DNA of 51,967 nucleotides, taken from an uncultured Erysipelotrichaceae bacterium. GTDB taxonomy: Bacteria; Bacillota_I; Bacilli_A; RF39; UBA660. The notes below the pieces were generated by a model. The model was not told where the DNA came from, made no database searches, and worked only from the letters and a program-made list of their open reading frames with translations. A program made the position numbers and the translations under genes. The stretch lies in contig CADAMI010000002.1 in assembly GCA_902788975.1 (NCBI GenBank), forward strand, positions 1-51,967, given 5' to 3'. This document shows, in pieces, positions 29,159-39,756 of this stretch; position 1 is the first letter of the stretch; each line of letters opens with the position of its first letter.

Positions 29159-31396
29159 ATGATAAGAATGCTAAAACTTAAGAATGTATCAAAATTTTAT
29201 TATAATAAGGGAGTTATTGCTTCGGGATTTAATAAAATTAATATTGAATTTAATATGGGCGAATTTGTTGCTATTGTTGGAGAATCTGGTAGTGGTAAAT
29301 CAACTCTTTTAAATGTTATTAGTGGGCTTGATAGTTATGAAGAAGGAGAAATGTATATTAATGGGGAGGAAACGAGCCATTATCGTGAAGTTGATTTTGA
29401 AGAATATCGAAAAAAATATGTATCAAATATCTTTCAGAATTTTAATCTAGTTAATAGTTATACGGTATATCAAAATATTGAGTTAGTTTTACTTTTAAAT
29501 GGTTACAAACGAAAAGAAGTAAAGACTAAAGTACTTGAATTAATTGATAAAGTAGGACTAAAAAAATATCGTAAAACAAAGGTATCTAAATTATCAGGAG
29601 GGCAAAAACAAAGGGTAGCAATAGCAAGAGCTTTAGCTAAAGATACCCCTATAATTGTTGCGGATGAACCAACAGGTAATTTGGATAGTAAATCAGCTAA
29701 AGATGTTATTAAATTGTTAAAAGATATTTCAAAAGATAAGTTAGTAATTGTGGTTACTCATAACTTTAGTGAAATAGAAGATATAGCTACGCGTATTGTT
29801 AAAATGCATGATGGTAAAATTGTATCTGATAAGACAGTTGTTGAGACAGATAAAGTAGAAGAAAATATAGAAAATAATAATAAAAATATTGGATTTTTCA
29901 ATATGATTAGATTAGGACTTAGAAATACCTTTAATATAATTCCTAAATTTGTTTTGATATTTATTGTTTTCTTATTTGTTACCGTTAGTCTATTAAGTGA
30001 ATATGGATCAATGCAAAAAGATGAATATGAAGAAGGCAAGCTAGGAGTAAACTATTTCTTTCATGATACGAGAGATACCAGAATTGTTATTAAGAAAAAA
30101 GATGGTAGTGCAATAAATAAAGAGGAATTTGATGAGATTAGAAAACTAGATAATGTTGATTTAGTTATTGAAAATGATATTATGTTAGATACCGATGTAT
30201 GGTTTCAAACGACTGATGATAGTTACTTTAATATGAATGGAACACTGCGTAATATTGACTCTTTTGATGGTAAACTAGATTATGGACGAATGCCGGAAGC
30301 TGATAATGAAGTTGTATATGTTGTAGATGAATATGATTATTATTTTAATGAGAAACAAACTGAAGCAATAAATAAAACTTATTATTATAATGGTGATAGT
30401 AGTAGCTATAGTATTAAAGTAGTGGGAGTTAAATATAAAAATGAAAGTGTCTTTTCGAATGGTTCTGGTAATTTAATATATGGCTCTAGTAATTTATTAA
30501 ATAAATATATGAAAGATATTAACCGAGCACATAGTAACGTTATAGTTAGTATTAATGGTAAAAATCATGAAAGTTATGATTCGCCAGGATCAAACTTTGA
30601 TATTAGAACGAGTGATCGAGTAGCTAAAGGAAATGTATACGTTCCTGAATCAATGAATTATTTATGTAAGGACTATGACTGTAGATGGGAATGGCTTGGT
30701 ATTAAAGTAAATAATCTATATTTTAATGATCGTATTGATTTATATATTACTAATACATACAACGACAAAAATATTAATAGTTTACTTTGGATAAATAAAG
30801 ATAGTGAAAATAATGGATCAATCTTTGTAAATCCAGATGACTTTAATTATTTATTTAATAAGGATAGTTATCAAGCATCAGTATTTGCTAAACATGTTAA
30901 TAATGTTGATGAAGTAAGTAATGAATTAGATAAACTTGGCTATAGTACATTACAAATTAGAAAAACGCTTGATAATATGCTAGGAGAAGCGGTAAAGGCA
31001 ATTAAGATACTAAAATTAGTAGTTACAGTAGTACTTGTTGTAACATTATTCTTTATTTCATACTTTGTTATTAAGTTAATACTTAAATCAAGAAATGTAT
31101 ACTTCTCAACATTACGTATTCTTGGAGCTAATGCTAAACATATTAAACGAATACTTGATATTGAATTATTCTTTGATGCATCACTAGCTTATTTAGCATA
31201 TATGATTGCAATACTACTAGTAAAATATAAAGTTATCTATGTCAAATTTATTAATAATATTTTAGAATACCTAGGTATGCGAGATTATATCTTAATGTAT
31301 GTTATTTTAATAATAATGTCTTATTTAATATCTACAAGATATGCCAGAAAGATATTTAATAAGAGTGCCATGAAGTCATATAGAGAGGAAGTGTAA
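29159..31396 (+). CDS. Fused ABC transporter ATPase/permease (MacB/FtsX-like)
   Basis: GESGSGKST, LSGGQKQR, ADEPTGNLD, then TM and FtsX-type C-terminus. Confidence 0.92.
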   Translation: MIRMLKLKNVSKFYYNKGVIASGFNKINIEFNMGEFVAIVGESGSGKSTLLNVISGLDSYEEGEMYINGEETSHYREVDFEEYRKKYVSNIFQNFNLVNSYTVYQNIELVLLLNGYKRKEVKTKVLELIDKVGLKKYRKTKVSKLSGGQKQRVAIARALAKDTPIIVADEPTGNLDSKSAKDVIKLLKDISKDKLVIVVTHNFSEIEDIATRIVKMHDGKIVSDKTVVETDKVEENIENNNKNIGFFNMIRLGLRNTFNIIPKFVLIFIVFLFVTVSLLSEYGSMQKDEYEEGKLGVNYFFHDTRDTRIVIKKKDGSAINKEEFDEIRKLDNVDLVIENDIMLDTDVWFQTTDDSYFNMNGTLRNIDSFDGKLDYGRMPEADNEVVYVVDEYDYYFNEKQTEAINKTYYYNGDSSSYSIKVVGVKYKNESVFSNGSGNLIYGSSNLLNKYMKDINRAHSNVIVSINGKNHESYDSPGSNFDIRTSDRVAKGNVYVPESMNYLCKDYDCRWEWLGIKVNNLYFNDRIDLYITNTYNDKNINSLLWINKDSENNGSIFVNPDDFNYLFNKDSYQASVFAKHVNNVDEVSNELDKLGYSTLQIRKTLDNMLGEAVKAIKILKLVVTVVLVVTLFFISYFVIKLILKSRNVYFSTLRILGANAKHIKRILDIELFFDASLAYLAYMIAILLVKYKVIYVKFINNILEYLGMRDYILMYVILIIMSYLISTRYARKIFNKSAMKSYREEV

Positions 31397-31398
31397 TT

Positions 31399-33828
31399 GT
31401 GATTAGAATAGAAAAACTTAATAAATATTATAATCGTCATAAGAAAAATCAAATTCATGTCATTAATGATACTTCTTTAGAACTTCCTGATAAAGGATTA
31501 GTCGCTTTACTTGGACCAAGTGGATGCGGTAAAACGACATTACTTAATGCAATAGGTGGTTTGGATAAAGCTAATAATGGTAAGATATTTATTGATGATA
31601 AAAAGATTACGACGTTTAACACTTATAAAAAAGATAAATTACGTAATTTAAAGATAGGATATATCTTTCAAGATTATAAGTTAATTGATAACAAGAGTGT
31701 TTATGATAATGTGGCAATGGTTCTAAGAATGATTGGTATCAAAGATAAAAATGAAGTTAAGAAGAGAGTCGAATATATCTTAGAAAGAGTTGGAATATAT
31801 AGATACCGTTATAGACCTTGTGGGATGCTATCGGGGGGAGAAAGACAGAGAGTTGGTATAGCTAGAGCATTAGTTAAAAATCCTGATATAATTTTGGCAG
31901 ATGAACCAACAGGTAATTTGGATAGTAAAAATACAATTGAAATAATGAATATTATTAAATCAATATCTAAAGATAAACTAGTAATATTAGTAACCCATGA
32001 AGTAGAACTAGCTAAATTTTATGCAACAAGAATCATTGAAGTAGTAGATGGAACTGTTGAAAAAGATTATCAAAATAAAAATAAAGATAATTTAGATTAT
32101 CGAATCGATAATAAGTTTTATCTAAAAGATTTTAAATATCATGAAGAAAATAAAGATAATAATATTAATATAGATATGTATAGTGATACTAAAGAGAAAC
32201 TTAATTTAGTAATAATATTTAAAAATGGTAATTTGTATATTAAGAATAAAGATAATGATAAAGTAGAAGTAATCGATAGTAGTTCTAATATAGAGTTAAT
32301 TAATGATAATTATAAACAATTAGATAAAAGTGTTTATGAAAAATATTCTTTTGATTTTGATAAGATTATCAATAATAATATTAAATTAAAATATTCATCA
32401 ATATTTAATATATTTACAATATTTAGTAATGGTTTTAAAAAAGTATTTGATTATTCTTTTGTAAAAAAATTACTATTAATCGGATTCTTCTTATCATCAT
32501 TATTTGTTACTTATTCAGTAAGTAATTTACTTGGAGTGGCGACAGTTAATGATAAAGATTTTATTAAAACAAATAAGAATTATTTGATGTTAGAAAGCAA
32601 GAAAGTATCAGTGAGTGACTATAATAAATATTCAGAAATGGATGGTATTAATTATATTCTTCCGGGGGATAGTAATGCAAACTTTAATATTGATACGAAG
32701 GGCTACTATCAGACTGAAAACGTAGGACTAATTATTGGTGGATCAATTGCAAGTACTAGTATGATTAGTAAAGATAATTTGGTATATGGAAGAATGCCTG
32801 AAAATGAATATGAAATCGTTATCGATAAAATGACTTATAAGAGAGCAGAGAATATTAAGATGGTCGGTTTATATGATATAGAAAGAATGCTTGATACAAA
32901 AGTTTATTTAGGTAATCATCTTCTTGAATATACAATTGTTGGTATAACTGATTTGGAAAGTCCATCAATATATGTAGATAATAATCAATTTATAAATATT
33001 ATTGATAATAGTTCTAGTGATGGTATGTTTTCATATAGAGAAGAAAGAGCTAATGGCGGTAGTGTATATGATTACACACTATATAAAGATAAGATAAGTA
33101 TTGTTAAAGGACGTACACCAGATAATGATTATGAAGTAATTGTTAATGAAAACTTAAAAGATACTTTTAAATTAGATAAATATATCGATGATTTAAAAGT
33201 TAATGGTGAAAAATTAAAAGTTGTTGGTTATTATACTTCTAGTGATGAAATTAATAGTTATTTTGTAAATACAAATACTAATAAATATGAATTAATTGGT
33301 AATAGTCAAAATTTGGTTATATATGCCAGTGATAAGGATAAAACAATTAGAGATTTTAAAGAACTAGATAGAAAGGTAATCGACGTGTATGATGCTGATA
33401 AAAAGGCTTATTTAAAGGAAAATAAGGAAAGTATGAATGCTAGTTTAATTGTAGCAGCTATTATGTTAGGTATATCTTTAGTTGAAATAATTTTGATGAC
33501 GCGTTCATCATTCTTATCAAGAATTAAAGAAGTAGGTATATATAGAGCTATTGGCGTTAAGAAAAGTGATATATATAAGATGTTTATGGGTGAAGCATTC
33601 GCGATTACAACATTAACAAGTATTCCAGGAGTATTATTTATGGGATACTGTATCAATGTTATTTCGGATATTAAGTATATAAGTAGAAATTATATTATGA
33701 ACTGGGGAGTAATTCTTTTATGTATAGTTATTATATATGTATTTAATATTGTTGTTTCCTTAATACCAGTATTTAACACGATGAGAAAAACACCTGCTCA
33801 AATTCTTGCTAGACATGATTTAGACTAA
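31399..33828 (+). CDS. Fused ABC transporter ATPase/permease (MacB/FtsX-like)
   Basis: GPSGCGKTT, LSGGERQR, ADEPTGNLD, RIKEVGIYRAIG FtsX motif. Confidence 0.92.
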   Translation: MIRIEKLNKYYNRHKKNQIHVINDTSLELPDKGLVALLGPSGCGKTTLLNAIGGLDKANNGKIFIDDKKITTFNTYKKDKLRNLKIGYIFQDYKLIDNKSVYDNVAMVLRMIGIKDKNEVKKRVEYILERVGIYRYRYRPCGMLSGGERQRVGIARALVKNPDIILADEPTGNLDSKNTIEIMNIIKSISKDKLVILVTHEVELAKFYATRIIEVVDGTVEKDYQNKNKDNLDYRIDNKFYLKDFKYHEENKDNNINIDMYSDTKEKLNLVIIFKNGNLYIKNKDNDKVEVIDSSSNIELINDNYKQLDKSVYEKYSFDFDKIINNNIKLKYSSIFNIFTIFSNGFKKVFDYSFVKKLLLIGFFLSSLFVTYSVSNLLGVATVNDKDFIKTNKNYLMLESKKVSVSDYNKYSEMDGINYILPGDSNANFNIDTKGYYQTENVGLIIGGSIASTSMISKDNLVYGRMPENEYEIVIDKMTYKRAENIKMVGLYDIERMLDTKVYLGNHLLEYTIVGITDLESPSIYVDNNQFINIIDNSSSDGMFSYREERANGGSVYDYTLYKDKISIVKGRTPDNDYEVIVNENLKDTFKLDKYIDDLKVNGEKLKVVGYYTSSDEINSYFVNTNTNKYELIGNSQNLVIYASDKDKTIRDFKELDRKVIDVYDADKKAYLKENKESMNASLIVAAIMLGISLVEIILMTRSSFLSRIKEVGIYRAIGVKKSDIYKMFMGEAFAITTLTSIPGVLFMGYCINVISDIKYISRNYIMNWGVILLCIVIIYVFNIVVSLIPVFNTMRKTPAQILARHDLD

Positions 33829-33831
33829 AAT

Positions 33832-33869
33832 AAAATACTAGATTTATAAAAAAGATCTAGTATTTTTTT
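33832..33869 (+). terminator. Terminator after ABC operon
   Basis: AAAATACTAGATTT...AGATCTAGTATTTT plus T run. Confidence 0.8.
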
Positions 33870-33933
33870 AACTATAAGTTAATACATTTGTTTGAATTTA
33901 TTATTGACATTAATAATGATGTTTTGTTATAAT
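33868..33933 (+). promoter_or_regulatory. Repeated element copy 3 fused to promoter of toxin-like locus A
   Basis: 42-nt identity with 4280-4321; TTGACA(33904-33909), 18 nt, TGT-TATAAT(33928-33933). Confidence 0.85.
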
Positions 33934-33996
33934 ATTATTTAGGAATATTTGATAGTTGGGTGATGCCTCCAATCTTAATAGATTGGAGGTGATGCG

Positions 33997-34089
33997 ATGA
34001 GTACCAAAGAATTAAAAAACTTGCTTAATATTTTACTTATCATCGTAATATTACTTATTGCATTACTATTCGTAGTGCTCATGAAATAA
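33997..34089 (+). CDS. Putative type I toxin peptide A (30 aa, single TM)
   Basis: MSTKELKNLLNILLIIVILLIALLFVVLMK; RBS GGAGGTG hidden in hairpin CCTCCAATC/GATTGGAGG; 5'-3' long-range pairing of the transcript. Confidence 0.8.
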   Translation: MSTKELKNLLNILLIIVILLIALLFVVLMK

Positions 34090-34203
34090 AAGATTGCCTA
34101 AATAAGCTTAGTTAGGCAATACCCAAAAAAATATTTTGAGGCATTACTCAACAGCGAAAAGTCAAGTATTCCTCTTTTTTAATATATGAAGTTTCCTTCA
34201 TCT
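34086..34203 (-). ncRNA. Putative antisense antitoxin RNA A
   Basis: Minus-strand promoter TTGTTT(34238-34233)-17-TATAAT(34215-34210); terminator hairpin 34093-34120 followed by U run on minus strand. Confidence 0.65.
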
Positions 34204-34316
34204 ATATACATTATATAATATAATAGATAAAAAAACAAGATTAAAAGTAAGATAAATTATTTAAATGCTCGTAATTTGTTTAAAATAATGGTATAATTAC
34301 TAACGAGGAAGATATT

Positions 34317-36116
34317 ATGGATATAAATAAGATAAGAAATTTCTGTATTATTGCACATATTGATCATGGTAAGAGTACTTTAGCTGATCGTATACTTGAA
34401 TATACGGGTGCGATTGATAAAAGAGAAATGAAAGATCAAATATTAGATAATATGGATTTAGAAAGAGAAAGAGGAATTACAATTAAATTAAATGCAGTTA
34501 GGTTAAATTATAAAGATTATATTCTTAATTTAATTGATACGCCAGGACATGTCGATTTTACTTACGAAGTAAGTAGAAGTATGGCGGCATGTGAAGGGGC
34601 TATTTTAATCGTAGATGCTGCTCAAGGAATTGAAGCTCAAACTCTATCAAATATATATTTAGCAATGGAAAATGATTTAGAGATAATACCAGTTATTAAT
34701 AAAATAGATTTACCTAGTGCTGATATTGAAAAAAGAATAGACGAACTTAATAAGATGTTCGGTTTTAAGAGAGAAGAAATTTTACTTACATCAGCAAAGA
34801 CTGGTGAGGGTATTCCAGAACTGGTTGATGCGATTGTCGAAAGAATTCCTAGTCCGAAAATAGAATATAACGATGAGAAATTAAGATGTTTAATATTTGA
34901 TAGTTATTTTGATTCTTATTTAGGGGTCGTTTCATTAATTAGAGTTGTTAGTGGTAAAGTATCAATGGGTGATAATATTAAGATGTTTACGACGGGTGCT
35001 AATTATGAAGTAACAGAGATAGGTTATCATACTCCAAAAAAAGAAAAAGTTAGTACTTTAAGTGCGGGTGAAGTAGGATTCTTGTCAGCAAGTATAAAAT
35101 CGATTGATAGTGTACGTGTAGGCGATACGATAACATTAAATAATAATCCTTGTTTGGTGGGATTACCTGGTTATAAACAATTGAAACCAATGGTATTTTG
35201 TGGAATATATCCAATTGACAGTAAGAAATATCCTAATTTAAGAGAAGCTTTAGAAAAATTAAAACTAAATGATGCGTCATTATCATTTGAACCCGAGACT
35301 TCACAGACTTTAGGTTTTGGCTTTAGAACTGGTTTTTTAGGATTGCTTCATTTAGATATTATTACGGAACGTATTGAAAGAGAATTTGGGGTAGATATTA
35401 TTGCCACAGCTCCATCGGTTATTTATGAAATAACCTTAACTGATGGAAGTGTAATCTATGTTGATAATCCATCAGAATTTCCACCTAAGGTAAGAATTAG
35501 TATGATAAAAGAACCATACATTAGAACTAATATCTATGTACCAAATGAATATATTGGTTCTATAATGGAACTTTGTCAAGATAAAAGAGGAACTTATATA
35601 AATACTGACTATATTGATACGACTAGAGTAAATATTCATTATGAGATACCTTTATCAGAAATCGTATATGATTTTTTTGATAAACTTAAGAGTTATACGA
35701 AGGGATATGCCTCTTTTGACTATGAGATAATTGGTTATAAGATAAGTGATCTTGTTAAGATGGATGTTATGTTAAATGGGGAAATTGTCGATGCATTATC
35801 AGTTATAGTTCATAAAGATTTTGCTTATAAGAGAGGAAGAGTAATTGTCGATAATTTAAAAGAAATTATTCCTAGACAATTATTTGAAGTACCAGTCCAA
35901 GCGGTAATTGGTAGTAAAGTAATTGCTCGTAGTGATATAAAAGCGATGAGAAAAGATGTCTTAGCTAAATGTTATGGTGGCGATATTACTAGAAAAAGAA
36001 AACTTTTGGAAAAACAAAAAGAAGGTAAGAAAAAAATGAAGACTATCGGTAAAGTAGATATACCTAAAGAAGCCTTCTTATCAGTATTAAAAGCAACAGA
36101 AATTAAGAAAGATTAA
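34317..36116 (+). CDS. lepA: Elongation factor 4
   Basis: [50 protein letters not shown]. Confidence 0.98.
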   Translation: MDINKIRNFCIIAHIDHGKSTLADRILEYTGAIDKREMKDQILDNMDLERERGITIKLNAVRLNYKDYILNLIDTPGHVDFTYEVSRSMAACEGAILIVDAAQGIEAQTLSNIYLAMENDLEIIPVINKIDLPSADIEKRIDELNKMFGFKREEILLTSAKTGEGIPELVDAIVERIPSPKIEYNDEKLRCLIFDSYFDSYLGVVSLIRVVSGKVSMGDNIKMFTTGANYEVTEIGYHTPKKEKVSTLSAGEVGFLSASIKSIDSVRVGDTITLNNNPCLVGLPGYKQLKPMVFCGIYPIDSKKYPNLREALEKLKLNDASLSFEPETSQTLGFGFRTGFLGLLHLDIITERIEREFGVDIIATAPSVIYEITLTDGSVIYVDNPSEFPPKVRISMIKEPYIRTNIYVPNEYIGSIMELCQDKRGTYINTDYIDTTRVNIHYEIPLSEIVYDFFDKLKSYTKGYASFDYEIIGYKISDLVKMDVMLNGEIVDALSVIVHKDFAYKRGRVIVDNLKEIIPRQLFEVPVQAVIGSKVIARSDIKAMRKDVLAKCYGGDITRKRKLLEKQKEGKKKMKTIGKVDIPKEAFLSVLKATEIKKD

Positions 36117-36150
36117 AAGAGAATTGAGTATGTTATCAATTCTCTTATTT
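36117..36150 (+). terminator. Terminator after lepA
   Basis: AAGAGAATTGA...TCAATTCTCTT. Confidence 0.75.
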
Positions 36151-36204
36151 TAATACATTTGTTTGATTTTATTATTGACTTTTCATTAATGCGTTTGATA
36201 TAAT
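36150..36204 (+). promoter_or_regulatory. Repeated element copy 4 (left palindrome arm missing) fused to promoter of toxin-like locus B
   Basis: TTAATACATTTGTTTGATTTTATTA-TTGACT(36175-36180), 18 nt, TGA-TATAAT(36199-36204). Confidence 0.8.
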
Positions 36205-36274
36205 TATATTGGAACATTTAGTGTGAGTGTCTGCCTTGAGTCGTTCTTACGAATAGATTGGAGGCTTGGTCAAT

Positions 36275-36367
36275 ATGAAAAAACGTGAATACAATATCAG
36301 GTTTTTAAGGTATATTTCGATCATTTTATTTCTGATTATCATTTTGATAATTGTTATAAAAAAATGA
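36275..36367 (+). CDS. Putative type I toxin peptide B (30 aa, single TM)
   Basis: MKKREYNIRFLRYISIILFLIIILIIVIKK; RBS GGAGG in hairpin; same RNA architecture as locus A. Confidence 0.8.
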   Translation: MKKREYNIRFLRYISIILFLIIILIIVIKK

Positions 36368-36484
36368 CATCCACTTTACTATGGATGTCCCCGTTTTATG
36401 CCATATGGCATTTAATTAGGTAGGCATTCACAAGGAAAACTGAATGTTCCACCTTTTTTAATATATGCAAGAACTCTTGCTTAC
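36358..36484 (-). ncRNA. Putative antisense antitoxin RNA B
   Basis: Minus-strand promoter TTGACA(36519-36514)-17-TATATT(36496-36491) with extended TG; terminator GACATCCA/TGGATGTC (36366-36389) plus U run on minus strand. Confidence 0.7.
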
Positions 36485-36578
36485 ATACTTAATATAGCAT
36501 ATTTATATTTTATTGTCAAAAGATTATTTACATATTTATAGATGATGATATAATAATTAATAATTATTGGGGGTAGTT

Positions 36579-37802
36579 ATGCATAATGTTGATGAAATGA
36601 AATTATATGAATTATATTATATCGTATATGTTTATAGTATATATGAAGATGATGATATTGTTCCTTATGATATGGAATATGTATGGCATAAAATTAATGA
36701 TTATTATTACCAAGAAAATGATATATTATTAGATATCAATAAAGAAGATGATAGAAGTATTTTATTTAATTGGATGAAAGAGAAATGTAGATATCAATTA
36801 CTAGATGAATTAATGGTTCATATGTTTAATAGATTTATTAATATAGAAGATAATGGCATAGATAATCGAGATGAATTCTTTATTAATAATATAGATATGA
36901 TGGAAAAAATTATGGGTACTGGTAATTATGATATGAAAATGGATGATAAAAATATATCGGAATTAAGTAAAGATAAAGTAATTACTTTAGTAAAAGAGAT
37001 ACTTTTAGAAATTGATCCATCTAGTGAATGGTTAAGAATATATGAAGAAGCCATTGATAAGAATAAAATTATTTATTTAAATGAATTAGATAAAAAAGGG
37101 ATAATTGATTTAAAGAAAGAATTAGTCGTTGATTCATTAAAATATATTGATAACTCTTGTTTGACTCTTGAGAATGGTGAGAAATATATATTCTTAAATT
37201 ATAAAGGGGATATTAGTGATGTATCTACGACAATTCATGAATTTACTCATTATGTTAGTAAATATAATCATAATGAAAAAGAGTCACCAATATTACGAGA
37301 ATTTCCAGCCATATTTTTTGAATTATATGCATTAGATTATTTAAAAGAAATAGGTTATGATGAAAATGATATAAAATTAGTTAATCAACATAGAGTAGCT
37401 GATACTTATATGGCAACGATGGAATCAAGAATATTTATTTATTATTTAAAAACGATAATGAATAATGGGGTAATTAATGAAGAAATAGACAGAGAATTAA
37501 TTAGAGATAAATATTATTTGTTTAATGATGTAAGAAAAAATTGTGATAATTGTATTAGAGATTTAATAATTAATCCGTATGCATTTTTTGAAATATATCC
37601 ATATGTTATTGGTAATTATTTAGCAGATAATGCTATAATAAAACTAAAAAATGATAGACAATTATTAGGGTTTATAAAATATATGAATGATAATTTATAT
37701 AGGATAAATCCATATGATGTATTTAATATCCTTGGTTGTGGAGATGTTGATTTAGTAAATACCAATGAAGAAAAACAAAAAGTAAAAAAAAGAAATAAAT
37801 AG
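36579..37802 (+). CDS. Hypothetical HExxH protein (M3 peptidase-like motif)
   Basis: TTIHEFTH...LREFPAIFFE...YPYVIG; basic C-terminal tail. Confidence 0.6.
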   Translation: MHNVDEMKLYELYYIVYVYSIYEDDDIVPYDMEYVWHKINDYYYQENDILLDINKEDDRSILFNWMKEKCRYQLLDELMVHMFNRFINIEDNGIDNRDEFFINNIDMMEKIMGTGNYDMKMDDKNISELSKDKVITLVKEILLEIDPSSEWLRIYEEAIDKNKIIYLNELDKKGIIDLKKELVVDSLKYIDNSCLTLENGEKYIFLNYKGDISDVSTTIHEFTHYVSKYNHNEKESPILREFPAIFFELYALDYLKEIGYDENDIKLVNQHRVADTYMATMESRIFIYYLKTIMNNGVINEEIDRELIRDKYYLFNDVRKNCDNCIRDLIINPYAFFEIYPYVIGNYLADNAIIKLKNDRQLLGFIKYMNDNLYRINPYDVFNILGCGDVDLVNTNEEKQKVKKRNK

Positions 37803-37929
37803 CTATATTTAAACTTTTGTTTTGTCTTTGTTTAACTGGAGTTCTTTTGTTCTAAGAAAAAATGAAGAAAAAATTCTATACAAAAAAAATATTTTATTGT
37901 ATAATTATTTAGCGAGTGGAGTTGGTCGT

Positions 37930-39342
37930 ATGAATTTACCTAATATGTTAGATGCTAAAAAGAGAACTAAAGAAGAGTCTAAAATATTATATGATGATTA
38001 TAATATTAATGAAATAAATGATCTTGGTAAAGATAAAAAATATCTTATATTAACATATGGATGCCAGATGAATGTTCATGATAGTGAATATATATCTGGT
38101 ATTATGGAAGATATAGGATATACCAAAACAGAAGATATGAATAAGGCTGATGTTATAATTGTTAATACTTGTGCGATAAGAGAAAATGCTCACAATAAAG
38201 CTGAAGGTATGCTTGGTAGAATTAAACATCTAAAAGAAACTAAAGAAGACATAATTGTAATATTCTGTGGATGTATGGCTCAAGAAGAAGGGCTTGTTAA
38301 TAAGATAAAAGATTATAAATGGATTGATATAATATGCGGAACTCATAATTATCATAAAATACCAGAATATTTATATGAGTATATGGATAAAGGGAAAGTA
38401 TGTGAAGTTTATAGCATAGAAGGTAATGTTATTGAAAATTTACCAGTTATAAGAGATTCTAAATATACAGCTTGGGTAAATATTCAATATGGATGTGATA
38501 AATTCTGTACTTATTGTATAGTTCCATATACAAGAGGAAAACAAAGAAGTAGAAAAAGTGAAGATATTATAGATGAAGTGAGAGAACTTTATAATAATGG
38601 TTATCAAGAAGTAACATTACTTGGACAAAATGTTAATGCTTATGGAAAAGACTTTAATAATGATTACGATTTTGCTGATTTATTAGGTGAAGTTAGTCAG
38701 ACAGGAATACCACGTATTAGATTTGTAACTAGTCATCCATGGGATTTTACAGATAAGATGGTTGAAGTTATTAGTAAATGTGATAATATTATGCCATATA
38801 TTCATCTTCCTATTCAATCTGGATCTGATCGTATTCTTAAACTAATGGGAAGAAAATATACCATAAAAGAATACTTAGAAATAGTAAGAAAACTTAGAGA
38901 AAAGATTCCTAATGTAAGTATTACAACCGATATTATTGTTGGCTTTCCAGGAGAAACTGAAGAAGATTTTCAAAAGACTTTAGATATTGTTAATCAAGTT
39001 AAATATGACTTGGCGTATACATTTATTTTTAGTCCAAGAGAGGGAACACCAGCTGCTAAAATGGAAGATAATACTCCGATGGAAGAAAAAAAAGAAAGAC
39101 TAGCCAGACTTAATGAACTAATTAATAAATATGCTTTGGAATCTAATCAGAAGATGTTAAATAAAACATATGATGTTTTAATACTTGGAGAATCAGATAA
39201 GGATGATAAGTATATGGGATATACCGATAATATGAAATTAGTTAATGTTAAATGTGATAAAGAATTAGTTGGTAAAATTATTCCCGTTAAGATTACAGGA
39301 GTTAAGACTTGGAGCTTAGATGGTGAAGTAAATGATAAATAG
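37930..39342 (+). CDS. miaB: tRNA methylthiotransferase MiaB
   Basis: TYGCQMNVHDSE, NTCAIRENA, radical SAM CDKFCTYC, TRAM domain; start at ATG 37930. Confidence 0.96.
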   Translation: MNLPNMLDAKKRTKEESKILYDDYNINEINDLGKDKKYLILTYGCQMNVHDSEYISGIMEDIGYTKTEDMNKADVIIVNTCAIRENAHNKAEGMLGRIKHLKETKEDIIVIFCGCMAQEEGLVNKIKDYKWIDIICGTHNYHKIPEYLYEYMDKGKVCEVYSIEGNVIENLPVIRDSKYTAWVNIQYGCDKFCTYCIVPYTRGKQRSRKSEDIIDEVRELYNNGYQEVTLLGQNVNAYGKDFNNDYDFADLLGEVSQTGIPRIRFVTSHPWDFTDKMVEVISKCDNIMPYIHLPIQSGSDRILKLMGRKYTIKEYLEIVRKLREKIPNVSITTDIIVGFPGETEEDFQKTLDIVNQVKYDLAYTFIFSPREGTPAAKMEDNTPMEEKKERLARLNELINKYALESNQKMLNKTYDVLILGESDKDDKYMGYTDNMKLVNVKCDKELVGKIIPVKITGVKTWSLDGEVNDK

Positions 39343-39661
39343 TAGTTTAGAAGAATTATTTAATACAATAGAAAATTCAACTTTATATAAAGAGTATTTA
39401 AAAATGAAAGATATTTTAAGTAAAGATAAGGAAATTAAATTATTGATTGATGAAATTAAAGAATTAGAAAAACAAGCTACTTATTTAGAAAATATCGGAG
39501 ATAATAAATATAAAGATATTGATGAAGAAATAAAAAGAAAAGCTGATGTATTAAATAATAAACAAGTATATCAAGAATATTTAAATAAGATGGAAGAATT
39601 TAATAATGAATTAGCTATTTCATCTAAAATGATAGAGAAATATGTTGAAGAAAAGGTTTAA
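39332..39661 (+). CDS. YlbF/YmcA (RicA-like) family protein
   Basis: Helical 109-aa protein overlapping miaB as in the Bacillus miaB-ymcA operon. Confidence 0.7.
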   Translation: MINSSLEELFNTIENSTLYKEYLKMKDILSKDKEIKLLIDEIKELEKQATYLENIGDNKYKDIDEEIKRKADVLNNKQVYQEYLNKMEEFNNELAISSKMIEKYVEEKV

Positions 39662-39679
39662 TGATTTAAATCTTTTTTT

Positions 39680-39746
39680 GTTAACTATATGTTAATACAT
39701 TTGTTTGTGATTATTATTGACATATGTAGTATTTATTTGTTATAAT
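39680..39746 (+). promoter_or_regulatory. Repeated element copy 5 fused to promoter of LPD3-like gene
   Basis: GTTAACTATATGTTAATACATTTGTTTGTGATTATTA-TTGACA(39717-39722), 18 nt, TGT-TATAAT(39741-39746); abuts terminator 39651-39679. Confidence 0.85.
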
Positions 39747-39756
39747 TAATATTAGA

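Noticed and set aside
37822-37929. N-terminal extension of MiaB in the ORF track
   Set aside because: It overlaps a promoter-like TTGTATAAT and lacks an RBS; ATG 37930 preceded by GGAG is more plausible.
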